Positions 25,990 to 37,234 of a DNA stretch of 46,996 nt are shown here, in pieces. The number at the start of each line of letters is the position of its first letter. Within the stretch, counting starts at the first letter, position 1. A program made the translations under genes and the position numbers. The notes beneath the pieces were generated by a model, which saw nothing but the letters and a program-made list of their open reading frames with translations, had not been told where the DNA came from and did not search any database. The stretch is from Welwitschia mirabilis (lineage: Eukaryota): contig JBOZIK010000001.1 in assembly GCA_051453625.1 (NCBI GenBank), positions 27,463,781 through 27,510,776 on the forward strand, written 5' to 3'.

Positions 25990-28741
25990 TTATAATTCAA
26001 ATAAAATATGAAAAAGTGATAATTCTCATTAAAAAATAATCTCTTATTAAACAACATAAATCATCATTATCTAATGCATGTAAGGAAGTACTCAAAGAAA
26101 GAATCCAAGAAAATTTTGAGGGATTTTTGTAATTTCTAGTAATATTAAGAAGCTTTCTATTATTCCTCTCAAGATATGGATTTTCATTAAGGAAGTAAGG
26201 CTTTTTCCAATTATCATGCTCAAATGACATTTTTACTTCGCAAGATTTAGTAGCAATATAAGAGATAAAAAATTTATATAATTCATGAAAAAAAAATCTC
26301 TTATTAAAATTGTAATGTAAAGAATTTGAAACATAGATTTTATTTAAGAATTGATATTGAACATGGGAGACATTAATGTTGCTATTAGAGATCCTAAAAT
26401 TTTGAGGGAACTTCTTAGAATGATTGATTAAGATAGGTTTAATATACTTAAGAAGCTCCTTAAGGTTTAATTTTAAGCATATATTTGGATCAAGAACATA
26501 AGATTTACCTTAATATAGAGTTCCAAGATATCCCCAAGTCTTATTTTTAAAAAGATTAATCATTAAAAGCATAAGTAAAGTGGACTTTATAAAAGAGGAA
26601 AATTATTACTTTGAGTTTTACATGGAGTTATAAAAGGAAATGATTGAGAGATTTTAAGAGTATATTTCTTAATCTTATGTGTTTCATTAAATTCTAGGAG
26701 AGGGATGTGATTTGGAAGTTACTTAAATGTCCAAATTAGGGAAGAGAGAGAAAGGTTATCTTTGTAAATATCACAAAGTAATGCAAAAATAGAAGTAAAA
26801 GAAGGAATGTCATTTGAGATTGTTCATGAAAGTACAAGTTAAGTACATGAAGAAACATGTGTAGACTCTTTAAGTTGGTTTATTTCATTGGAAGTTATAA
26901 ATTTATTATCCATTAAGTTTGGTTGATTTTATATAAGTTCTTCGTTATTCCTATTCTCCTCATTATTGACTTTACCATTACTTGGTTGAATTGATTATTC
27001 ATTATTAGCTTTAATAATATCTGCCTATTCTTCATTATCTTTATTAGTATTATTGATTATATTTTCCTCTTCTTTATTGAACTCATTATTGTTTTATTGA
27101 GGATTATTTTTATTCTCTAAGTTGGGAGAGTCATCAAAAAGATCATTATAAAGATCATAAAATAAAAACTGCTCATTGTCTTCATTATGTAATGGAAGAT
27201 TTTATGATAATTTTTAAATTGAATCTTCTTCCTCTCTATTGAATAATTATATTAATTCTAAACTATAATGCTTATTTTCTATTATTGATATGTTGCCACT
27301 GTCTATCATCTAAGACTATTGTCTAGACGATAAAGGAAGGTGACTCTCTTAACTATGTGAATTCTTCATTAATTTTGCTTCATTACATAAATTCTCCCTT
27401 AATCTCATATATTGGACTTCTTTTAAAAGTTAAAATCCTTCATCCTCATCACAAAATAAATGAAAACCAGGTATACAATTTAATATCTCAATATTGTTAT
27501 CATCATCTTCTTCTTTACCTTCCTCATCATATTTTTACGTGTCATTATTTTCCAATTCATTAGATTCATTAGAAAGAGAAATGTGATCATTAGCTTTATC
27601 ATGTATTAAAGAATTTTTAAATTTTTCATGAATTGATTCTTTTATCACATTTATATTCAAAAGGAAGTGAAAGGGGTTACAATCATTATACTATGATAAA
27701 TAATCATCTTTATCTATATTAGTAAATAATGTAATTGAATCATCATTGTTATCATTTTGTTGTCCATCTTCTAATAAGTGGGATCTTGTAGGTGTATCTA
27801 TACTTTTATTTTCTGTGTTGAAGAAAGAATTGTTGCTCCATTTTTCTAAGTTCTCTTCATAATTCTCAAGGTAGAATGTAGTAGGATAGGTTTGAGCTAG
27901 AAATGAATCTTGAGATAGTTAAACTTGTAATAAATTTTATTGAAGCATCTCAATCATATTTGATATGATCATGTTCAAATCTTCTAAGTTTTTATTGGTA
28001 ATTTCTTTCTTCTTTTCCATTTGTTTAAGCATTTCTAAAGCATAGTTATTTATTTCTTCATAGTAATTTGTGGTAGATGGATCTTTTTCTTTAAAAAATT
28101 GATGGAAAATGGCTATTCTTTATAATAGCTCATAGTAGATGCTTGGAATTCACTAAAATGATTGTAGGATATTTCACTAGATGAGGTGAAATCCCTAAAA
28201 TGTTACATATTATTATTATCATTTTCATATAAAGTTTTAAAAAAAGCATAGGAAAATAAGGTAGTTGAAACAAGAAGGGGCCTAATTCCTAGTCTCAACA
28301 TTGCTTAGTATTGCTCATATTCATGTTGTAAGAATTTCTCTGAGTGGTCTTTTATCGTTTTTATTAAAAATTCTATTCTTTCTCCTTTTTTAACCTCTCA
28401 TTTTAGCTAATATTTTTCCAATAGACCTTTTATCATTATTATTTGTATTAGATGAGAAGAATGAATAAAAAGAATTCTTAGTTCTATGTTCTACACCATT
28501 ATTAGAAGATAAGTTAAAAGATTTTTGTTTTTCATATTTTCTTCTAGAAATTAACTCTTTAACTATAACATTTGCATTTGAATTAGATGGTTCTATCATG
28601 TTTTTATTAAGTGACAATACTCATTCATAAAAAGGTGATAAAACAATTTCTCTTTTATTCCATTATTTTCAAGTTGTCTCTGAAAATTTGATTTTAAAAT
28701 AATAAAAGCGAAAAAAATTATTCAAATCTTATAAATTACAT
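25990..28741 (-). pseudogene. Decayed long ORF of unknown function in the gag position of element 3 (homolog of 7483-9447)
   Basis: Reverse-complement matches: 27085-27150 with 8590-8660, 26430-26550 with 8910-9030, 26200-26320 with 9140-9270, and 28250-28310 with 7740-7800. ATG at 28741. Confidence 0.6.
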
Positions 28742-29293
28742 GCCTGGGGTGTGCATAGCTAAATTTTGCTTACTATTAAGAAATCCATTTTAGATATTTT
28801 TCTTGATCTATCTTTATTTCCTCTGATATTTCATCTTTCACTAGATTTTATTACATCTTTGAATACTTAAAAAAGATTCCTACTTATTCATCATCTTGAT
28901 AGTTATCTGTCTAATATCCAAGGTGACTAGAAAATAGAAAATAAAAACAAATAAATTAAAAAATAAATTTTTAAAAAATCAGAACAAAAAATACTATTAT
29001 TCATCTCTTATCTGGATGACACAAAAATGATATTAATTTTATTATGTGGCAAAACATAAAAATAAGACTACAGAAAAGTAATAGAAAGTCTTAACCCTAG
29101 GACATCGTTCTCTTATATCATCTAGAAAGTAGATATGATGATAGACATGAAAAAAATGAAATAAAAAATTAAAATTTATGGGAAAAAACTATAACATTTA
29201 TAGTAAAAATACAATGTTATTGCAAACAAAGATCTAAATCAAAATCCAAAGCACTTATCTATGTAATGATAATCCTCAAACTCCTTGTAGCCT

Positions 29294-29311
29294 TCTTTGG
29301 TAATGGCACTA
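29294..29311 (-). promoter_or_regulatory. Decayed tRNA-Asp PBS of element 3
   Basis: The minus strand reads TAGTGCCATTACCAAAGA, with 7 differences from consensus, all C>T/G>A. Adjacent to the LTR end. Confidence 0.8.
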
Positions 29312-29314
29312 AGA

Positions 29315-30397
29315 CATTGTAGTGCATATTTATATAATCATTACATCCTTCAAAAAATCCTATCAATTACAAATATTTGCATAAATACAACATACTAATA
29401 TAGATGGGAGTCAACCCAAATGTCATAATCTGTGGAATGCACTAGGTGAGAAGAAAGAGAATTGATTTTAAGTGATGTATTTTTTATATTTTTTTATGAT
29501 TCAATAATAAAAATAATAATGTAATAAATCAAATATATAATGTAAAAAAATGCAAACTACTTTTTAATGCAATACCTATTGGACTACCAAATCTCTGTTA
29601 CCAAAGTCATCCTTGTATAATCTAAATCAATTAAGGAACTGTCACTAGCCCTAACCAACCTAAGCTATTAAGTATGTAGAATAGAATATCAAGAACATAC
29701 AATGATTAAGCTAGAAAATATAAAATGCAATGCAATGCAAGATCCTAAACTAATAATTTCAACTTTAACAAAGATTGCCCTTGGTGACCTATATCAATTA
29801 TGAAACTATTACAAAATCATAATCAACATAAATCCTAAGGGACATGCACATGAACAAAACTTAAAATAAGATTTTCATTATTTCTCGAACCAACATCCTA
29901 TTACAAAGCAGAAAAACCTCAATGAAGGATACATAATCCAACACCAAGAAAGACTTCTCTCTATAACTATTAAGTAGGCCTCCTGCCCTTTGATCTCCTA
30001 TCATAAGATTTTTAGATGATAAAAAATATTAAGTTAGATTTGAGGGTAAAGGAAGTATTTATTACAATCAGAACACTTTAAAAAAAGTAACTAATGCAAC
30101 AAAAACCCTAATACTTCATAGAAGGTACATAACACATTACACGAGTTAGTTGAAGTTTGGTGCATTAGCTAAAATTAGGTGGTCATCTTAACTGTTATCT
30201 GGATAATGATGGGGATAATGCCATATCAAGGGAATTTCACATTAGTTTTCATATTTGATCTAGTTAACAACCTTGTTGACATCCACATGTTATCATCCAT
30301 CAGTGTCTCTTAGATGATGAAGGGGATGATAGTCTTTTTAAAGCTCTTTTTCCAAGTGAATTTGCTTTGCAGATCATTAATTTCTCGTTAAAATATG
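29315..30397 (-). repeat. 5' LTR of element 3, truncated by the Sirevirus insertion
   Basis: Terminus cattgtagtgcatattt. Aligns to 5066-5904 plus 20377-20495, and the homology stops at ~30397. Confidence 0.85.
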
Positions 30398-31506
30398 TGT
30401 TAGATTATGTTTTATCAATTGATGTTAAACTAATGTTTTTAATATAGAAAATTTTATGTATCTTATATAGAAGATGTTAAATTACTTATAGGTTAAAATA
30501 TGGAACCAAAATCATTATATTTTGAACAGTAAAAACCTATCAGTTATTTTAGCCTCTTGAGGGGTTGACCAAATTTTCAGGAGTTCAACTTCACTTGAAG
30601 TAGATAGAAAATGAGCTGCATTTAGAGGGGTCAACCAGACCTATAACCTAAAGAACCAATGTCCCTAAACCAAATGGAAAGTGATTAATCAAACCTTTAT
30701 GGGGTTAACCAGATTTAAGAACTTGATAAACAGTATATCTAGACTGAATGATAAGGGGTTGATTGGACCTATGATGGAGTTGACCAAACCTGAGCACTGT
30801 GCAGCTGATACACCTGAGCCCATCATCATGGGTTGATCGAACACCTAAAGGGATCGATTGGACTTGATGCTAGAAACTAGAAATAATTTTCTCAAGATAA
30901 TTAAATGACCAGATAATATAGCAGGTGACTAGACTAGGGTAGACTAGACTTAGATGGGGTCGATCAGATAGGGATCCATAAGAAATTAGTATAAATGAAT
31001 TTCTCACATAGGTGATCTATGTAAGTTACTGCACCAAATGAGATTGACCAAACTTTTGGGGGATCAACTAGATAAAATAGAAGTAAAATTTTATAATCGT
31101 TATGTATCTATTATGTAGCCATTAGGTAACCATTTTCTAGTTGTTTATACTCATTGGAAGTGCATTTCCAATGTAATAAGCCCTAAAAGCCTTTCAATAT
31201 GAATAGATAAGACATATATGACTAAGAAATCATTTGCAACTATCTTCGTTTAGGTAAATCTATTGGATCTAAAGAATTAAGCATTATAATATTGTGACTT
31301 TCATTGTTGTGTCTTTGCATCTATATTAATGACTAAAGAATATTTACCATTAGCATCATCTCTACATTCAAGATTAGATAAAGAGATTTATTTTTTTTAC
31401 ATCTACAAGATAAGAGCTCCATCAAACCCCTTGAATCAAGAACGAGTGATATTCATGTTCTAAAGACATCATTACATCACTACTGTGCTTTATGAAAGGT
31501 TGAGAA

Positions 31507-31586
31507 TAAGCCTTGAAAAAATCATTTAAAGTTAATACTAAGCCTTGAAAAGTCCATTTAAATATCGATACTAAGCCTAGAAAAGT
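31507..31586 (+). repeat. ~32-bp tandem repeat (2.5 copies) in the Sirevirus LTR
   Basis: taagcctWgaaaa recurs at 31507, 31539 and 31572. Confidence 0.8.
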
Positions 31587-32461
31587 TTGTTTGTAAAGGT
31601 NNNNNNNNNNNNNNNNNNNNNNNNNNNNNNNNNNNNNNNNNNNNNNNNNNNNNNNNNNNNNNNNNNNNNNNNNNNNNNNNNNNNNNNNNNNNNNNNNNNN
31701 NNNNNNNNNNNNNNNNNNNNNNNNNNNNNNNNNNNNNNNNNNNNNNNNNNNNNNNNNNNNNNNNNNNNNNNNNNNNNNNNNNNNNNNNNNNNNNNNNNNN
31801 NNNNNNNNNNNNNNNNNNNNNNNNNNNNNNNNNNNNNNNNNNNNNNNNNNNNNNNNNNNNNNNNNNNNNNNNNNNNNNNNNNNNNNNNNNNNNNNNNNNN
31901 NNNNNNNNNNNNNNNNNNNNNNNNNNNNNNNNNNNNNNNNNNNNNNNNNNNNNNNNNNNNNNNNNNNNNNNNNNNNNNNNNNNNNNNNNNNNNNNNNNNN
32001 NNNNNNNNNNNNNNNNNNNNNNNNNNNNNNNNNNNNNNNNNNNNNNNNNNNNNNNNNNNNNNNNNNNNNNNNNNNNNNNNNNNNNNNNNNNNNNNNNNNN
32101 NNNNNNNNNNNNNNNNNNNNNNNNNNNNNNNNNNNNNNNNNNNNNNNNNNNNNNNNNNNNNNNNNNNNNNNNNNNNNNNNNNNNNNNNNNNNNNNNNNNN
32201 NNNNNNNNNNNNNNNNNNNNNNNNNNNNNNNNNNNNNNNNNNNNNNNNNNNNNNNNNNNNNNNNNNNNNNNNNNNNNNNNNNNNNNNNNNNNNNNNNNNN
32301 NNNNNNNACTTCTACTATTTTCTTATATCATCTACATTTTAGATTAGTTCATTATTATATACAAGTTTTATTTAAAATTGGATTCATTTAGAATATTGTG
32401 TTGGAATTTTTAAAGAACCTATTCATTCCCCTCCCCCCTCAGGGTTCTCGGTTCTATTATT

Positions 32462-32473
32462 TGGTATCAAATC
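32462..32473 (+). promoter_or_regulatory. PBS, tRNA-iMet
   Basis: TGGTATCAAATC versus TGGTATCAGAGC, lying between the LTR end and the gag ATG. Confidence 0.85.
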
Positions 32474-32524
32474 TAACCTGATTTTTCTTTAAACTTTAAT
32501 CAATCTTGACCTTAGAACCCTAAA

Positions 32525-32833
32525 ATGAGTAATCCACATAATGGTCTTTCCACCGGTCATCCATCTATATTTAATGGATTAAACTATGCGTATTGAAAAG
32601 CTAGGATGAGAATATTTCTTAGATCCTTAGATGCCAACATAGAGGAAGTCATTTACAAAGGTTACACTATGCATATGTTAATCCAAACTGATGTAAATGG
32701 TAATACAATCTTAGTTCCTGAAGCCTGAGACCAATGGACCACCACTGACAAGTCAAAAGCCACCATAGATGCTCATGTCCTTAATGCCATATTTTGTGCA
32801 GTTTGTGTAGATGAATTTAAATTAATAACTTAG
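32525..32833 (+). pseudogene. Copia/Sirevirus gag N-terminus, truncated
   Basis: MSNPHNGLSTGHPSIFNGLNYAY*KARMRIFLRSLDANIEEVIYKGY...DQWTTTDKSKATIDAHVLNAIFCAVCVDEFKLIT* (~RPPxFxGxNYAYWKARM..FLxS.D...ALNAIF.AV...EF). Confidence 0.92.
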
Positions 32834-34175
32834 TTAAGATATTGTACAAGATATTCTACGTAAAATTAGTTAGTATATCCATTATTTTACTAATCTAAGT
32901 TATTACTAAAGTAGTTGTAGAAACTTTATTATGTTTTTGTTATGAAAAAATTAAATTTTGAGAATAGAGGCATACGATAAAAATATCATATCTTATTAAT
33001 TAGTAAGTATAAATTAGTGAAATGTTTTGTATAAGTCTCAAATTGTGTTATAAATATGAAAATAGAAAGTAATAATTTTTATAAAAGGTAATTATTTTAA
33101 AAAGTTTATTTGTTAAAATACATTAAACAATAGATGCAAAAAATAGTAAGTGAGTAATTTACTTTTTTTCTATCTATCTATTAAAATATCTACAAAATTA
33201 AGCATCCTAAGTTGTGGTAACTTGAATAATATTTCCAAAACATCTTGAATCATTTAAAAATGCAAACTATTTTAAAACTTATGATCATTTTAGTGAAGTG
33301 TAGTATCACTATAATTTTAGAAAATTTAATAATTTTTAACTTTAAACAACAATCTTAAAAAATAATAGTTTTAAAATTCCAAGATAGTTTAAGCTAGATC
33401 CCAAGAATCCTATGATGTTTCTAGTTTCTGAAAAACTACTGTAATTTATTTTTCACTTGATAATGAATTAAATATTAATTTTTAACTATGATGTCTCTTT
33501 AGAGCCCAAAAAATGTTATAATTAATTATTAAAATTATAAAAAACTCATTACACAAAATTTTATAGGGTAATTTATTATATAAAACATGTTTCTATTAGT
33601 AATTTTAATTTAAATTATGTATAATTGGTGTTTATTTGTAGAAATACCTCTTTACCCTTTTTCTTTAGCTTACTTTAAATGTGCATGCTTGTAAGAGTTT
33701 TCACCTTAGTAGCTTAAATAACATAAATAGTCTCTAGCTTTTTTTCTATTAACTTATATATGGCCATATGAAGAGTGGGTAAATATTTATATTTTAATAA
33801 TTGTGTTTTAGCTATACTTTATTTGTTTAACTTTCATTTAGTAATCCATGAAGATTGTCCTATAAGCATGGAAGAATGTTTTTAGGATTGCATAGCTCTA
33901 AGTATGATTTAGTTTCTTTAAGTAAATTATTAAGAAATTATTTAATACATTTTGAATATTTTTATTATTATTGAAAGAAAAAGAAAATAATATTTTTTAT
34001 TTAGATATAAAAGAAAATAATACTTCTTTTATCTAGGTTTTTATCATTATGAACTTGAAAAAGAAATGTTCTAGTATGCTTGCTTGCTTTTATGATTATT
34101 TTTATAAAATAAACTAAAATATGATAGAATTATTATAATTTAGTACATAATTCATTAAATATCCATATTAGTTAG

Positions 34176-35580
34176 AATTATTTGAACGCATTTATGTGGT
34201 GTATTCATCGAACTAGACTAAGTTTAGATAATTCTAATAATGTTCATCCCCACATTTGGATTTCATCATCAAGGTAGTTTTTATTACATTTTTTTTATAA
34301 TACGCTTTTAGAAATGTTTCAAGGAATTGGAGATCATTTTTAAGCATGCATCCACCTCACGTAATGTCTCTCACCTATATTGGATTATATTGAGTTAAGT
34401 AAACCCTATGGAGTTGAGCTTATCCATGTTTGTATAGTTTAGAATCTAAAGTAGACCAAATTATGTCTAGAGGGTGGTCATATATCAAGTTGAAATATCA
34501 TTAATTGGAGTTACAATCTTTTATTACATTGGTTAGGTATTATCTTTAAAACTTATCCATGTATGTTGACAATAATTTTATATCTTCTTAACTATTCATA
34601 AGATATCTTTTATATGATAAATAACTAGGAAGAAATAAAGGACACAAATTCATAACATCACTATTGTTTGTAAATTAAAATAATCTATATTTTAATTATA
34701 TATAACTACATAACATTAATGTGATTTACTTTTTTTAGAATATAGAAATCCTAATAAAGGAAGACATAGAATTTGGTCCTAGGTTTCACTATGTCTACTA
34801 GGTAACAATAAAGAAAAATGAAAGGGAAAAATATATGCTTAATTAGAATAAAAGAAAAGAATGTGCCACATAGTCTATCTTCCCAGTTTCCTATAGATTA
34901 CTTTTATTTTTAATAGTTCATTTTACATCAATCAAGATGAAGAATTGCTACACTACTAGGGTTAAGAACCCTATGAAACAAAATATCTTTATATGAATCA
35001 AGGCAATATAGCCTTAAACTATAACTTTTCCTCCTTTTCACTCTCTCATGACTATCTACAGGTGCTTTTTAACAATGAAGCTGATAATATTACCAAGAAA
35101 CATAAGCTTAATTATGAGCTTAGTTGCTCAGAATTCGATGTCACTTATCTATGTAGTGATCATGAAATAAATGTGATTTTCACATGCAAATCCATCTCAA
35201 ATAAAAATCTTTAAACTTTAATTGATGTGCAGGTATAGATCATGAAGTTTTCACTGAAGCATCTGAATATCATGTAATTAAAATCAACCTTCAAGTATGA
35301 GAGTGTGGTGCATATTATGTTAAAGCTCATTAGAGGTAAAAAGACCATGAAAATATACTCTTTAGTACATTTCAAGACCACCTTATCACATTGGACACAT
35401 TAATGGCTACTTGAAGCTCTACAAGATAGTGATTTGGAAGAAATTATGGATCCTATATTGGATGCATATAACTAACATAAAATAATACACATTGTAACTG
35501 GCACTACATCAATGAACTAGAAACCTATGGATAAATATCTGAGAATGACTCAAATTAAGTAAATATCTCAAAGGAAATTC
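34176..35580 (+). pseudogene. PERK/RLK-Pelle-like protein kinase pseudogene (multi-exon, fragmentary)
   Basis: Exon ending at 34273: LCGVFIELD*..IILIMFIPTFGFHHQG|gt (~LVGYCI.G..RLLVYEFVPNNTLEFHLHG|). Exon from 35233 (cag|G TAT): IMLKLIRGKKTM (~VMLLELITGRRPV), then WTH*WLLEALQDSDLEEIMDPILDAYN*HKIIHIV...LRMTQI/SKYLKGN (~WARPLL..AL..GD...LVDP.L..YN..EM.RMV...RPRMSQIVRALEGN). The catalytic-loop exons are not recognisable. Confidence 0.7.
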
Positions 35581-35588
35581 TTATAGGG

Positions 35589-35922
35589 AATAGTATGACC
35601 AGCATACATAAAAAGATGATTGAGATCGAACCTAAAAATCCTATATTTCTATGTAATTATTAAAAGTTTTTGAAAGAGGTTAAATGGAATATCAACAAAG
35701 TGGAGGATTTCTATGAAAAGATTATTCTTTTAAATTCAAAGAAAGTGGTGATACTTTCTTTTACATTAAATTCACCTAGAGAAATCATAGAGATGTAAGA
35801 CAAAAAGAAAGATATTTTTGTTAAGCCATCAAAGATATTTTTGTTAAGTCGTCTAGGAAAACCCTAATGCCTACTATGTATTATCTTTCTATGATCATTT
35901 TCTTTTGCAATTACTAGCTTGA
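35589..35922 (+). pseudogene. TPR-like helical repeat module, contiguous with the kinase C-terminus
   Basis: HKKMIEIEPKNPIFLCNY*KFLKEVKWNINKVEDFYEKIILLNSKKVVILSFYIKFT*RNHRDVRQKERYFC*VV*ENPNAYYVLSFYDHFLLQ, read after removing a 23-bp duplication. It resembles the plant small TPR family pattern YxKMIEAxPxNxxxLxNYAKFLKEV..D..KAEEY..RAIL..P.DG.VL..YA...W..HKD..RAE.YF.QAV...PDDCYV.ASYA.FLW. Confidence 0.85.
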
Positions 35923-36799
35923 GAATGTTTTAATTCACTTTTGTTAAGAAATGAGACTCTAAATGATATATTATTTTATATGTCAGTATCCAAGTCATTT
36001 TGCATTAGAAGGGAAATTTATTTTAAGTTATTTAATATCTTTATATCTATGGAATAAAAAATAATGAAATTTTTATCATTTAAGAGTGGTGAGAAGAGGG
36101 TATTATTAAAGAGGGGTTATGTTTATTCTCTTTTAATTTGTTCTTGAAGAATCTTAAATTTATCAACTCCTGTCTCACTTTGCTTAATGAGATGAATAAT
36201 TAATTTCTTAAGCTAAGTTAGAGGCTTATCCTAATTAATCACATGTTATGTAATTCATATAAAAATGAGACTATAAGAACTAGTATGAAATATTTCTTGT
36301 AATGTTATTTTTATATGAAGTTTCTTGATTTTGCTTCCTTTTTATGATATGTCCCTTATTGTGGTTAACATGCATGGTTGTGGTTAGCCCATATTTTCCT
36401 AGTTAATCTAGTTTATTATGGTTAGTCCATATTGTTTTAATTAGTCTCATCAAGGTAGTGAATCTACATGTTTAATTTGGGTGTATTTCATTTGCAAAAG
36501 GTTGGGTATATCCCACGATTATTTCTTAAGAAAGGAACATAAATTACTTTAAAAGACTAGTCGGAGGATGTTGTATTTGAAGTTGTATAGGATAAATGGT
36601 GTAGATTCATCCAAGAAGATCACTTAAAAGAAATGTTCCTTAAAGTTACACCTTTTATTGTCTTGGTGCATCCATCATTGGTTTGAAGCTTGGTGCTCCT
36701 TTAGCTTAGTGCTTTAATTTAGTATTCTAATGATATGCTAGAAACATGTTATAGAAATTATATAATGTTTAAGTCCTTCATATCTTTCATACTTACCAT

Positions 36800-37110
36800 T
36801 AAGGAGAGGTTTGTTAGAAAAACATTATTCCAACTGCCTTCTAATTTTAAAATTATTATTTACTAGTGCATTCTAGAAATGTCCACATGCACTTAATCAG
36901 AGTTAGCTTAAGTTATTTTTAGATCCTAAATGATAGGGTACAAATCCATAGGTTTAGTAACTAGATTCATAATGCTATTATTTTATGTTTAGAATATTAA
37001 CCTGTATATAAATCAAAATGAGAGAAATAAAGATTTGAGCTATTTGACATACCTATCTTGTATGCTCCCTAGGAATTTCTCCTAGTTTCATAGGCCTTCA
37101 ACTACATGTG
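36800..37110 (+). mobile_element. Possible copia-type PPT plus short 3' LTR
   Basis: taaggagaggtt|TGTTAG at 36812 and a TATA-like cctgtatataaat at ~37001. No partner LTR in the window. Confidence 0.35.
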
Positions 37111-37218
37111 GGATCTCTGAATCCCACACTTTTTACAACTCAAAACTTCAAATTTTTCTCTAATATTAAGACTTATAATAATTTAATAGTGATTATGCCT
37201 AGTGAAATTACAACTTAG

Positions 37219-37230
37219 GATCTGATACCA
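37219..37230 (-). promoter_or_regulatory. PBS, tRNA-iMet, after the Tekay LTR end (second decayed copy at ~37273-37285)
   Basis: The minus strand reads ggatgttaca-tttt-TGGTATCAGATC. Confidence 0.8.
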
Positions 37231-37234
37231 AAAA

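Larger units (their letters stand above)
5047..30397 (-). mobile_element. Element 3: outer non-autonomous Athila-like LTR retrotransposon (LTR family B)
   Basis: 5' LTR 29315-30397 (cut by the Sirevirus) and tRNA-Asp PBS 29294-29311. ORF ~25990-28741, PPT region 20668-20695. The 3' LTR is split into 5047-5904 and 20377-20667; 5066-5904 aligns with 29465-30280, and 20377-20495 aligns with 30276-30395. Confidence 0.85.
30398..32833 (+). mobile_element. Sirevirus (SIRE, Ty1/copia) 5' fragment: LTR 30398-32459, PBS, gag start
   Basis: TGTTAG start and about 12 copies of a GGGGTCGACCGGAC-derived motif (30561-31070). C-rich cctattcattcccctccccc just before the LTR end, then a tRNA-iMet PBS and a copia gag. 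Confidence 0.85.

Noticed and set aside
10113..32342. Long ORFs in the supplied track at 10.1-13.4, 24.4-25.3 and 31.6-32.3 kb
   Set aside because: They consist of X residues translated across N gaps.
33842..33901. IHEDCP resembling kinase YLHEDC
   Set aside because: It lies upstream of the subdomain IV-V exon (wrong order) and has no following IIHRD, so it is left unassigned.
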